In this document: in pieces, positions 25,895-34,002 of the stretch
Layout: every line of letters begins with the position of its first letter
How positions within the stretch are numbered: position 1 is the first letter of the stretch
Virus record (IMG/VR): IMGVR_UViG_3300028588_000042
Location: 1-41,160 of that record
Direction: 5' to 3' (one strand)
From: a virus
Taxonomy: Duplodnaviria > Caudoviricetes
Length of the DNA stretch: 41,160 bases
Translations under genes and position numbers: made by a program
The notes under the pieces: generated by a model
What the model saw: only the letters and a program-made list of their open reading frames with translations
Database searches by the model: none
Told to the model about the DNA's origin: nothing

Positions 25895-26286
25895 TGTTCG
25901 TTTTTCCGCTCGAGGAGATAGGCCGGCGGCGGCATGGCGTAGCCGTACCGCTCCATTTGGCGCTCGTACCGATCGGGCCAGGCGCGGTGGCGCGCGAGCC
26001 TGCGATCGAGCTTGTAAGCCTGGTCGTCGGCCTGGTCTCGCGCTCGCTCGAGGGCGGGATCGATATAGTTCACGCGGCGGGCGATCAGCTCCCGGATCGT
26101 CGCACGGATCGCGGCGGCGGCGCGGTAGAGACGGCCGGCCTCCTGCTCGAGGAACCGGTCGTCCAGCTCGATCGGCGGCGAGCCCTTGCCGGTGCAAGGA
26201 ACGCCCTTGACGTGATGATGCGAGATCGAGCCGTCCGACCTGGTCGCCTTCAAGCGTCCGCATATCTGGCAACGGCCGCGCCTCAC
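25891..26286 (-). CDS. Zn-binding hypothetical protein
   Basis: GRCQICG...HHH...CTG; GTGA overlap. Confidence 0.72.
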   Translation of the reverse strand: MRRGRCQICGRLKATRSDGSISHHHVKGVPCTGKGSPPIELDDRFLEQEAGRLYRAAAAIRATIRELIARRVNYIDPALERARDQADDQAYKLDRRLARHRAWPDRYERQMERYGYAMPPPAYLLERKNEQ

Positions 26287-26462
26287 TCGTCCGACCCCAA
26301 GGCGCGCCGAGCGTGTTTGGGATGCTTGTACGTCCGGGGATCGCGGAACCCGTTCGCTCGCGTGGCCTCCCATCGACCTTCGGCGTTGCGGTGAACGTAG
26401 CCGGCGGTCGGGTGAACGTAGGAGGGCGTCCCGCCCGCGCGTGTGTAGCGCCAGCCGAACAT
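26283..26462 (-). CDS. Small basic hypothetical protein
   Basis: MFGWRYTRAGG...; start overlaps the upstream stop. Confidence 0.55.
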   Translation of the reverse strand: MFGWRYTRAGGTPSYVHPTAGYVHRNAEGRWEATRANGFRDPRTYKHPKHARRALGSDE

Positions 26463-26719
26463 CACCGGAGGCGCTCGTCTGCCATGTGCGGTCGGATATG
26501 TGCGGAGAACCCGCGCGCGTCGGTCGGGTCCCAGGCTCCGCCCTCGAGTCCACACGGCGCGCCATACCAGGCGCAAACCGCCTGGCGTAGCTCGACCATG
26601 CCCCGCTCGTTATAGACCCCGTAGCTTGGGAGCATTTCGAGAACCTCGACGGCGGCGGCGGCCATCGCCTCGACCGTAGCGAACACGCCCTCGAGCTGCT
26701 TGCGATCGTCGGGGTTCAC
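26462..26719 (-). CDS. Hypothetical protein
   Basis: GTGA overlap with the upstream ORF. Confidence 0.6.
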   Translation of the reverse strand: MNPDDRKQLEGVFATVEAMAAAAVEVLEMLPSYGVYNERGMVELRQAVCAWYGAPCGLEGGAWDPTDARGFSAHIRPHMADERLR

Positions 26720-26874
26720 AGCGCGTCACCCCAACGGCGGCCGATCCTATGGCCGCCACGGCGGGCGAAGCCCTCGGCCTGCTTGGCGATCCGGCGGGCG
26801 CGGAGGTGATCCTCGAACGCTACGACGTGGGCGAGGGGCTGGCCGTCAAAATACATCAGTTCGGAAGCGGACAT
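26716..26874 (-). CDS. 52-aa hypothetical protein, absent from the ORF track
   Basis: CCGGAG RBS; MSASELMYFDGQPLAHVVAFEDHLRARRIAKQAEGFARRGGHRIGRRWGDAL; stop overlaps the next GTG. Confidence 0.65.
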   Translation of the reverse strand: MSASELMYFDGQPLAHVVAFEDHLRARRIAKQAEGFARRGGHRIGRRWGDAL

Positions 26875-26926
26875 CGTCGGTTCTCCGGGGGTAGGGGAGG
26901 GGCGGCGCGGCGGCCGCCCTGGTCGA

Positions 26927-27190
26927 TCACTTAGCGGGTTTGGCCCCGGCGACTGCCTTCCGGTAGGCGGCGGCGTCTACGATCGTGACCGCGACGACTT
27001 CGCAATCCCCCTTCCGGCAATGGGCGCTTGCGAACAGGTCGGCGGCGCGCTGGGCCGACGTCGAGAAGTTCGGGAGGCCGTAGGCGACGGGGTCGGTCGC
27101 GACGGCTGCGTGAGTGAAGTCCGAACGGGTGGACTTGCGCGAAACCAGGCGGCCGGTGGTGGTGTAGCCGATGTAGAGGGTAGCGGGCAT
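26927..27190 (-). CDS. First gene of the leftward early operon, hypothetical
   Basis: CCCGGAGA RBS; directly after the promoter at 27225-27252. Confidence 0.75.
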   Translation of the reverse strand: MPATLYIGYTTTGRLVSRKSTRSDFTHAAVATDPVAYGLPNFSTSAQRAADLFASAHCRKGDCEVVAVTIVDAAAYRKAVAGAKPAK

Positions 27191-27224
27191 GTTGTCGTCT
27201 CCGGGGCGGTTGGAAGCCGCTCTC

Positions 27225-27252
27225 TACATACGCCCAGCGGTCCCAATCGCAA
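27225..27252 (-). promoter_or_regulatory. Main leftward early promoter TTGCGA-N16-TATGTA
   Basis: At the strand switch; shares elements with the 18327 and 21986 promoters. Confidence 0.72.
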
Positions 27253-27303
27253 GGGGGTAAATACCCTCCGGTCCCTTTTATTTCGCGGGACCTTTTCGAC
27301 CCG

Positions 27304-27332
27304 TTGACCGGCGGCGCAGCGGCGCCCATAGC
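27304..27332 (+). promoter_or_regulatory. Main rightward promoter TTGACC-N17-CATAGC
   Basis: Divergent partner; GGTCCC-N11-GGGACC at 27270-27292 just upstream. Confidence 0.62.
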
Positions 27333-27358
27333 GGCGAGGCAACCCGGAGGCTGCGGCA

Positions 27359-27619
27359 ATGAGTGACTTACCCCGCGACCCGCTAGGGTCGCCCCCGACT
27401 GGTATTCTGTATCTCCCGCCTCGGCCACGCCGGCGGCGCACCCTTGCGCGCATCCTGTTCAAACCGCGCCTATCCGCAATCGACATGCTAACCTGGTGGC
27501 CCCTCTCGGCGACCGTAGGCGAGTTGTGGGGGTGGCTTGCCGGCGTGGCGGTGCTGATACCCGTGGCGGCGGCCGTGGTGTGGATTGAGGACATGCTCCT
27601 CGGAAAGGAAAGGGAATGA
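27359..27619 (+). CDS. Small membrane protein
   Basis: CCGGAGG RBS; Arg cluster followed by hydrophobic segments. Confidence 0.7.
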   Translation: MSDLPRDPLGSPPTGILYLPPRPRRRRTLARILFKPRLSAIDMLTWWPLSATVGELWGWLAGVAVLIPVAAAVVWIEDMLLGKERE

Positions 27620-28242
27620 CGATGGGCGGTAATAAAGGCCCGCAAGGCGCGGGCGAGGAGATCAAGCTCCTCGTGGAAAGGGCGATGCGTATCCGAGAGG
27701 AGATCGCGGAGCTGAAAGCGGACGAGCGCGACGTTATCGCAGAGGCGAAGTCGCGGGGGTTCGATCCTAAGCCGATCCGCAAGCTGATCGCGTGGCTCGA
27801 GAAGGACCCCGACAAGCGCCGCGAGGAGGACGCGATCCTCGAGCTTTACAAGTCGGCCATGGGGGTCGGCGACGGCTCCCTCTCCGACGCGGCTCGCGCG
27901 TTCGTGTCGCAGCGCCGCGCCGAGGAGAAGGGCGACGACGACCAGCTCGACGCGTTCAACCCGCCTCGCGAGCCCGGCAAGTCCGACCCCTCGACCGATT
28001 TCGGCGACGACCTGTCCGACAAGCCGGTAACGGAGGAGGACGCGCGCAAGCTCGGGGCCGAGGCGCAAAAGGCCGGCCGCCCGGTGACTGCCAACCCGTT
28101 CAAGGCCGGTGACGAGCGTCGCCAGGCTTGGGACGAGGCGTGGTGCGGGTCGGCCGGCTCGGACGGGATGGATATCCCGCCGGAGCTGCGCCCCAAGGCC
28201 AAGCCGAAAAAAGACGATGAACCGAAAGGCGGTGACGAGTGA
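27616..28242 (+). CDS. GapR/DUF2312-family DNA-binding protein with an Rmf-like C-terminal motif
   Basis: IKLLVERAMRIREE...DVIAEAKSRGFDPKPIRKLI...EEDAILELYKSAMG; tail GAEAQKAG...NPF...RQAWDEAW. Confidence 0.85.
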   Translation: MTMGGNKGPQGAGEEIKLLVERAMRIREEIAELKADERDVIAEAKSRGFDPKPIRKLIAWLEKDPDKRREEDAILELYKSAMGVGDGSLSDAARAFVSQRRAEEKGDDDQLDAFNPPREPGKSDPSTDFGDDLSDKPVTEEDARKLGAEAQKAGRPVTANPFKAGDERRQAWDEAWCGSAGSDGMDIPPELRPKAKPKKDDEPKGGDE

Positions 28243-29225
28243 CGAACCCGGAGAATAGCGGCCCGGCGGCCGGCGACGACGCCCCCAAGTTACCCAAGAC
28301 GGCGGAGGACCTGGAAAAGGATCGGCTGGCGGAGGAGAAGGCGGAACGGACCAGCCTCGCCCACAAGTTCGGCGGGTTCGGTTATGTCTCGATGCCGTCC
28401 GACGCAAAGCCCCCGATCCTCGATATCCCGACCCGTCGCGCGCTGTCCGAATGGATGGCCGAAATGGGGGCAAAGAAGCAGCTCCGCGCCGTAGGGGTCG
28501 AGCCCCGCTCGCGGGTGTTGCTCGACGGTCCTCCCGGCTGCGGCAAGACGACGCTCGCGCATCACGTCGCGGCGCGGATGGGCCTCCCTATGGTGACGAT
28601 CGTCGCTAACGCAGTGATCTCGAAATACGTCGGTGAAAGCGCGACCAACGTCGGCAAGATATTTCGAGCTGCGCGCCAAGCCTCGAACGGTGTCGTCCTG
28701 TTCTTTGACGAGTTCGACGCCATTGCTCGCGACCGGGCAAAGACGACCCAGGGCAACGGACACGACGACGGCGTGACGATCTCCGTCCTCGCCGAGCTGG
28801 ATCGGCACGAGGGAATGGTATTCGGTGCCACCAACCAGCCGGAGGGGATCGACCCGGCCGTCCAGCGGCGCTTCAACCTCAAGATTGAGATTGGCCTCCC
28901 CGGCGAGGATGAGCGTCGCGCAATCGTAAAGCTCTACATGCAACCGCTCGAGATCGAGGACCATATCGTCAACGTGATCGCGGCGGCGCTCGAGGGAGCC
29001 TCGCCTGCGCTAATCAAAGACGTCTGCGAAGCGATCAAGCGCGGGCTGGTCCTGGCTCCCAAGCTGGGCTTTGCGACCGAGCTGGGTTCCCTGGTCCGGC
29101 GCGCGACGACGACGATCAAGCCTCACGAGGACATGGTCGTTCCGAAGCTGTGGGGCGGTGTCGCCGCCTGGGTCGATAAGCTCGACATCGCGGCCGAGGG
29201 ACATTGGCCTCCCAAGCTCCCCTAG
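28239..29225 (+). CDS. Classical-clade AAA+ ATPase (single module)
   Basis: Walker A GPPGCGKT, pore loop SKYVGES, Walker B FFDEFD, SRH ATNQPEGIDPAVQRRF. Confidence 0.93.
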   Translation: MTNPENSGPAAGDDAPKLPKTAEDLEKDRLAEEKAERTSLAHKFGGFGYVSMPSDAKPPILDIPTRRALSEWMAEMGAKKQLRAVGVEPRSRVLLDGPPGCGKTTLAHHVAARMGLPMVTIVANAVISKYVGESATNVGKIFRAARQASNGVVLFFDEFDAIARDRAKTTQGNGHDDGVTISVLAELDRHEGMVFGATNQPEGIDPAVQRRFNLKIEIGLPGEDERRAIVKLYMQPLEIEDHIVNVIAAALEGASPALIKDVCEAIKRGLVLAPKLGFATELGSLVRRATTTIKPHEDMVVPKLWGGVAAWVDKLDIAAEGHWPPKLP

Positions 29226-29293
29226 CGGGGCGCGACCTGGCGCGGTGGCGGCTCCTCCCCCGGTCAACCGCCAATCAACCGCGCCAGGCGCGA

Positions 29294-29310
29294 TAACATG
29301 CAACACGCTT
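29294..29310. promoter_or_regulatory. Operator-like site TAACATGCAACACGCTT upstream of rusA
   Basis: Match to the 17-bp palindrome family. Confidence 0.55.
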
Positions 29311-29325
29311 TCCCCGGAGATGGAT

Positions 29326-29985
29326 ATGCGGACGATCCTAAAGACAACGATCAAAGGCCAACCCGTGCAATGGGCTCGCGCCCGTGTCGGCGGCGGCGGC
29401 GAAGGTGGAAGGGCGCGACAGGTGTCGTTCCATACCGCCCCCGAGCAATCCCGATTTAAGCGGCTCGTCCAGGACGAGGGCCGTTTAGCGATGCTCACCG
29501 CGAAGGCGCGGCGGGTTCACGATGGCAAGCCGGTGGGGCTAGGAACGCCCGTTATATTCGAGGCGCTCGTTTACCTCCCGATCCCGTCGAGCTTCACCAG
29601 GGCGGAGGAGCTGGCGGCGCGGGAGGGTAAGCTCCGCCCTACTGGCAAGCCTGATCTCGATAACTGGATCAAACTCCCGATGGATGCGCTCGAGGGCATC
29701 GCTTACGCGAACGATAGCCAGGTCGTCGGGTTCGGGCAGTCGGGCGTCTGGTATGCGGAACGGCCGCGCCTCGAGCTTCACGTATTCCACGCGCCGGCTG
29801 GCCTGCCGTTCGACCGTGAGACGCTGTCCAACCATCTACGCAACCTGTCGTCGCTTATTCGAGCGTGGTCGCTCTCGGACGGGATCGGCGGCAGCACGAT
29901 CAGCGGCGAGGACTTTATCGACATGATCCGTCACTCGATCGGGTTCGAGCTGCCGGTTCGTGAGGAGGAAAACGAGGATGACTAA
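29326..29985 (+). CDS. rusA: RusA-family Holliday junction resolvase with C-terminal extension
   Basis: KPDLDNWIKLPMDALEGIAYANDSQV signature. Confidence 0.92.
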   Translation: MRTILKTTIKGQPVQWARARVGGGGEGGRARQVSFHTAPEQSRFKRLVQDEGRLAMLTAKARRVHDGKPVGLGTPVIFEALVYLPIPSSFTRAEELAAREGKLRPTGKPDLDNWIKLPMDALEGIAYANDSQVVGFGQSGVWYAERPRLELHVFHAPAGLPFDRETLSNHLRNLSSLIRAWSLSDGIGGSTISGEDFIDMIRHSIGFELPVREEENEDD

Positions 29986-30247
29986 AGCAACCCAAGGGCC
30001 GGCGGCCGCGCCGGATGCGAGCCCCGCTCCGCGCAAGGGCCGGCATGTGTTTATCGTCAACGCCGGTCGGGACATGCTCGAGTCCGAGATCGAGGCGGAC
30101 GAGTTCGAGGTCGATAGCAACGGGGCCTATTTTAGCCGCGACGTCGATAAGCCGACCGAACACGTCTGCGCGTTCGTCTCGCATCCCTGTTATGTCCGCT
30201 TGGACGACGACGGAGAAGCGGCGGCGCTCCGGGATGGCGGCAAGTGA
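29978..30247 (+). CDS. Hypothetical protein
   Basis: GAGGAGG RBS; coupled to neighbours. Confidence 0.7.
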   Translation: MTKATQGPAAAPDASPAPRKGRHVFIVNAGRDMLESEIEADEFEVDSNGAYFSRDVDKPTEHVCAFVSHPCYVRLDDDGEAAALRDGGK

Positions 30248-30483
30248 TGGCCGAGCTACCGATCGGCACGGCTGAGACTCGGGACGAGCAGGAGGAGGCG
30301 AGCAAGCGAACCCGGCCGGTTGTCGCCAACTGCCCTACATGTCGCCACGATTGGGCGGTCCTCTATTTGCCAATGCCCCTAGACCTGGCGGCGGAGCTTA
30401 TGACGGCGGCGCGCTGTCCGAAGGGTTGCAGCGCCAGCCCTCGCCTTGGTTCTGGTGGCCCTGAGATGAAGGCGCTCGCGTGA
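30247..30483 (+). CDS. Zinc-ribbon protein
   Basis: CPTCRHDW...LPM...RCPKGC. Confidence 0.72.
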   Translation: MAELPIGTAETRDEQEEASKRTRPVVANCPTCRHDWAVLYLPMPLDLAAELMTAARCPKGCSASPRLGSGGPEMKALA

Positions 30484-31052
30484 TGACGGAGGAACGGTTC
30501 ATCGTCCGCCTGTCGGATCACGATATCGCGGACATCGTTCTCGCCACTGCCGACGCGGCGCATCCGGCAAATACCGGCCGCGGGTGGACGCTCTACCGGG
30601 AGGCGGTAGTCGCGAAGGCGGTGGAGATCGGTCGTAAGCTCGGCAAGCGCGCGGGCCTCGAGCCCCTGGACGATGCCGCGCGATGCAGCGTCGATCAGGA
30701 GCTTATCGACCTGGTCCGACAGCACGATCCCGGTCGGCATGGGTGGATCGCCGCCCTCGAGCGGTTGCGCCGGTTCCTGGACCGTTATCCGGAGCGCGGT
30801 CGTCCGGACGATGGAGGACCGGGCATTCCGCCGGCTTTCCCGGAGGTAGACGTAACTCGTCCTCCGTCGCCGGCTCAGGCGGTGGCGGCGTCGCGCCTGG
30901 TCCTGGACCGATACGCGAAAGGTAGGGGTCCGTTCACTACGGGAGACGCGGAGCGAATAATCGGAGCCCTCGACGCGTGGTGGACTCTAGCCCCGATCAA
31001 GGATGACGGTCCCAAGGGCGGCGCGGGACAGGAGGGCGGGCCGGATGCATAG
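30483..31052 (+). CDS. Hypothetical protein
   Basis: TGATG coupling. Confidence 0.68.
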   Translation: MTEERFIVRLSDHDIADIVLATADAAHPANTGRGWTLYREAVVAKAVEIGRKLGKRAGLEPLDDAARCSVDQELIDLVRQHDPGRHGWIAALERLRRFLDRYPERGRPDDGGPGIPPAFPEVDVTRPPSPAQAVAASRLVLDRYAKGRGPFTTGDAERIIGALDAWWTLAPIKDDGPKGGAGQEGGPDA

Positions 31053-31374
31053 GAGCTACGCTCGGGCAACGGCGGCGGCGGCCAAGTCGCAACACGCGCG
31101 CAATCTCGCTCGGCTCGGCATGTCGGATGCAATGTGGGAGGCGCTCGAGGACTTGCATCTCGCTCGGCTCAACAAAGAGCGAGGCCGGCGGCGCAAGATG
31201 AACGACCGGACCCTCGGCGCGCTCTACAAGCGAGGATTGGCGACGTGCGTCGCTCCTCCCGATTACTGCCCCTGCGGAGTGCGGACCGACCTTTGCGCGT
31301 GTTGCGGTCCGAACGTCATGCTCTGGATGCTCACGGAAACGGGCAAGGCGCTCGTGAGGTCGGGTAGAGGATGA
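31045..31374 (+). CDS. Winged-helix-like protein with a Cys-rich wing insertion
   Basis: GGAGG RBS; RTLGALYKRGL...[CVAPPDYCPCGVRTDLCACC]...WMLTETGKALV. Confidence 0.65.
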   Translation: MHRSYARATAAAAKSQHARNLARLGMSDAMWEALEDLHLARLNKERGRRRKMNDRTLGALYKRGLATCVAPPDYCPCGVRTDLCACCGPNVMLWMLTETGKALVRSGRG

Positions 31375-31847
31375 AGCCCAGGCGCAAGCGGCGGCTCGAC
31401 CAGGCTCTCCACGATCGCGCGGAGCTGCTCGCCCGCGCACATCCGCTCGGCACGGTGGCGGAAATCCTAAAGCTCTCGCCCTCGCAAATCTCGGGGATGA
31501 AGAAGCGGGGATGGAAGGCGCTACCGGAAGGGGCTCCGCGCCGGGCTCGTCCTACCGACTTTGAAATCCAATCCGCCGGGATGACGTTCGCCGAGTTGTG
31601 CGCGCATTACGGCGTGGGTCACTCGACCTTGATCCGGTGGTTCAAGGATACCCCTAACCGGCGGCCGAGCTGGCGCGGCGACAATCTACGGAGCAACCCA
31701 AGGGCCGGCGGCGCGAGCCGTCGCAAGTCAGACGAGGAGATGACAAAGGCGCGCGCAAAGCAATGGGAAACGCGGCGCGCCAAATACGGACCTAGCGGCC
31801 ATCGCGCGGGGGCTCATACCCGCGCAACCCGGAGAGTAGACGAATGA
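31371..31847 (+). CDS. Basic HTH-containing protein
   Basis: LGTVAEILKLSPSQIS and MTFAELCAHYGVGHSTLIRW HTH-like segments. Confidence 0.7.
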   Translation: MKPRRKRRLDQALHDRAELLARAHPLGTVAEILKLSPSQISGMKKRGWKALPEGAPRRARPTDFEIQSAGMTFAELCAHYGVGHSTLIRWFKDTPNRRPSWRGDNLRSNPRAGGASRRKSDEEMTKARAKQWETRRAKYGPSGHRAGAHTRATRRVDE

Positions 31848-31870
31848 TTATCCGTTATCCCCTCGCTGCA

Positions 31871-31887
31871 AAGCATGGGACACGCTT
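31871..31887. promoter_or_regulatory. Operator-like site AAGCATGGGACACGCTT upstream of the replication initiator
   Basis: Match to the 17-bp palindrome family. Confidence 0.6.
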
Positions 31888-31926
31888 AACGCCCCTCGCG
31901 GCGGCGCAATCCTCGGAGGTCGGCGA

Positions 31927-32790
31927 ATGAGCGTCGGGCTTATGGGGCGGATATGGCCGCAAACGATCGAGCCGTCCGGCCGAAAAATGGTCCTCCTCGC
32001 GTTCGCCGATGCAGCCAACGATGACGGGTTGACCTGGATCGCGCTCGAGTCCCAGCGCGGCCGTCTGGACATGCGGACCAAGTGTTCAATGTCCAAGCGG
32101 GCTTTGCGCGATCACGTCGCCGCGCTGGAGGCGGAAGGGTATATCGAGCGACACGAAACGATAGGCAAAGGCTGTATCTGGCGAGTGCATGCGACCCCGG
32201 CAAATTCTGCCGGGGTCATGGGCTCGACCCCGGCAAATTCTGCCTCCCCCCCGGCAGATTCTGCCGGGTATCCATTTACTAACCATCAAGAGAAAAAGAA
32301 AACGGGCGAGCGCCTTTCGCCGGTTGTGGATAAGTGTCCGTTGATCGGTCGTGCTCTACCCGCTGGCGTGTCGCTCGAGCAGTGGGAAGCGTTCCTCGAC
32401 ATGCGGGCTTCGATCGCCAAGCCGGTACGGGCCTACGTCGCAACGAAGGTTCTCGCCAAGCTGGACGAGATCGGCGCGGCAGGCTGGCATGCTGGCGACG
32501 TCCTCGATCGCTCGACCGTCAACACTTGGCCCGACGTGTTCGAGCCGGAAGCCGGACGGGTGACGGGTGTCCGCCGGATCGTCGCGAACCACGTAGCGGA
32601 CCCGGTAGGCATGTCGGATGACGATCGTCGCGAAATGGCGAGGATTGCCGCGATCCCGGACGTCGGCGCGATGCTCGCAGCTCGGCGCGATTTCATGGCG
32701 AGCGTCGAGCGTCGCAACGCTCCGGCCTCGATCGGTAAGCTAATCGGCGAGCTGACGTTGCGGCCGCCTGTAGGAGGGAAGCGGACGTGA
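31927..32790 (+). CDS. Replication initiator (N-terminal wHTH, lambda O-like organisation)
   Basis: KMVLLAFADAANDDG..W...CSMSKRALRDHVAALEAEGYI; internal iterons; C-terminal WEAFLDMR..I.KP...VLDRS..N.W. Confidence 0.88.
   Translation: MSVGLMGRIWPQTIEPSGRKMVLLAFADAANDDGLTWIALESQRGRLDMRTKCSMSKRALRDHVAALEAEGYIERHETIGKGCIWRVHATPANSAGVMGSTPANSASPPADSAGYPFTNHQEKKKTGERLSPVVDKCPLIGRALPAGVSLEQWEAFLDMRASIAKPVRAYVATKVLAKLDEIGAAGWHAGDVLDRSTVNTWPDVFEPEAGRVTGVRRIVANHVADPVGMSDDDRREMARIAAIPDVGAMLAARRDFMASVERRNAPASIGKLIGELTLRPPVGGKRT
32193..32333. other. Replication origin: 3 iterons, AT-rich tract, DnaA box
   Basis: CCCGGCA(A/G)ATTCTGCC units within 32193-217, 32225-44 and 32250-68; AT-rich 32269-32302; TGTGGATAA (=TTATCCACA) at 32325-33. 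Confidence 0.85.
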
Positions 32791-32981
32791 AAACTTGGGA
32801 ATATGCGACCGTGAAATTTGACGGCCTGAACGGTCACCTGAACGGCGGTCCAAACCCGCTCGATACGTTGAACGGACTAGGCGAACGAGGATGGGAGCTG
32901 GTCGGCGTCGTCGGTCCGTCCGATCGGGCGTCGGTCAATTCGGTGGCCTATTTCAAGCGCCCGAAGGTCACCGTCCGATGA
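32787..32981 (+). CDS. DUF4177-family protein
   Basis: WEYATV...LNGLGERGWELVGV...YFKRP. Confidence 0.85.
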   Translation: MKTWEYATVKFDGLNGHLNGGPNPLDTLNGLGERGWELVGVVGPSDRASVNSVAYFKRPKVTVR

Positions 32982-33256
32982 CTGCGGAACGGTGGTTCTG
33001 GTGGGCGGTGCTATGCTGGGTCATGTGGCGATCATGGTCGTCTATGCGGAAGGCCGAGCGCGCTATCCCGCCGGACGTTTCGGGGACCCTCACCCTCCAA
33101 CGCGGGGCGCGGAGCATCGAGGATATGCTCCGCCTGGCGGGAAATGAGGACCTAACCGGCGAAGGAGCGGCCGTCGCGAGCTGGTGGACGGAGGTTATGA
33201 TCGACGGCCGTAAGTATCGAATGACCTTGGAGAGGCGAGTATGGGAAAGCGAATGA
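32978..33256 (+). CDS. Hypothetical protein with a Trp-rich N-terminal hydrophobic segment
   Basis: ATGA overlap. Confidence 0.6.
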   Translation: MTAERWFWWAVLCWVMWRSWSSMRKAERAIPPDVSGTLTLQRGARSIEDMLRLAGNEDLTGEGAAVASWWTEVMIDGRKYRMTLERRVWESE

Positions 33257-34002
33257 CCGGCCGGGCCGGGCAGGCGGCGCTCGCGCGCCGTCGTGCAGCG
33301 CATCCCGTGTGCGAGCATTGCGAGGCACGAGGGATCGTCCGAGCTGCGGACGAGATGGATCATATCCTTTGCCTGGCGCTCGGCGGCGAGGACGTTGACG
33401 AGAATATCCAAGGGCTTTGCCTTGCTTGCCACGCGATCAAGACGGCGCTCGAACAAGCCTCAACCGGCGGCGCGGCAACCCATCCAGATTGGCTGCGCCC
33501 GGCAAGCTGTAGGCTGACGATCGTCTCGGGTCCGCCCGCGTCGGGGAAGTCAACGCTTGTCGAGCGGGAGGCCGGCGGCCGGGACGTCGTGATCGACCTA
33601 GACGACCTGGCGGAGAGGATCGCGCCGGGCTTTGCGCCGGCTAGGCGTTGGACAGGCGAGCTGTTGAACCGAGCGATCCGGGCTCGGAACGCGCTCCTCG
33701 GATCGCTCTCGCAAATGCCTGGTCGTTCCCAGGCTTGGCTGATCGTGTCCGCGCCCTCGGTGGCGGAGCGCGAATGGTGGCGGTCAAAGCTCAACCCTGC
33801 CGATTGGCGCCACCTGGACCCCGGCAAGGCTGAGTGCGTCCGTCGTGTGATCCGTCGCGCGCCGTCGTCGTGCATCGCGCGTCACGTCGAGATAGTCGAT
33901 CAATGGTATCTGCGCGCACGTCTCCCCTGGTCGGCGGAGAAGGCCCCCCGCAAGCGCGCGGTGATCGGGGCAGATGGGTATCCTGTGGAGGACAAGGCAT
34001 GA
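33241..34002 (+). CDS. Packaging-associated HNH endonuclease fused to a P-loop (AAA_33/kinase-like) domain
   Basis: CEHC...DHI..LALGG...ENIQGLCLACHAIKT then IVSGPPASGKST...VIDLD. Confidence 0.88.
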   Translation: MGKRMTGRAGQAALARRRAAHPVCEHCEARGIVRAADEMDHILCLALGGEDVDENIQGLCLACHAIKTALEQASTGGAATHPDWLRPASCRLTIVSGPPASGKSTLVEREAGGRDVVIDLDDLAERIAPGFAPARRWTGELLNRAIRARNALLGSLSQMPGRSQAWLIVSAPSVAEREWWRSKLNPADWRHLDPGKAECVRRVIRRAPSSCIARHVEIVDQWYLRARLPWSAEKAPRKRAVIGADGYPVEDKA

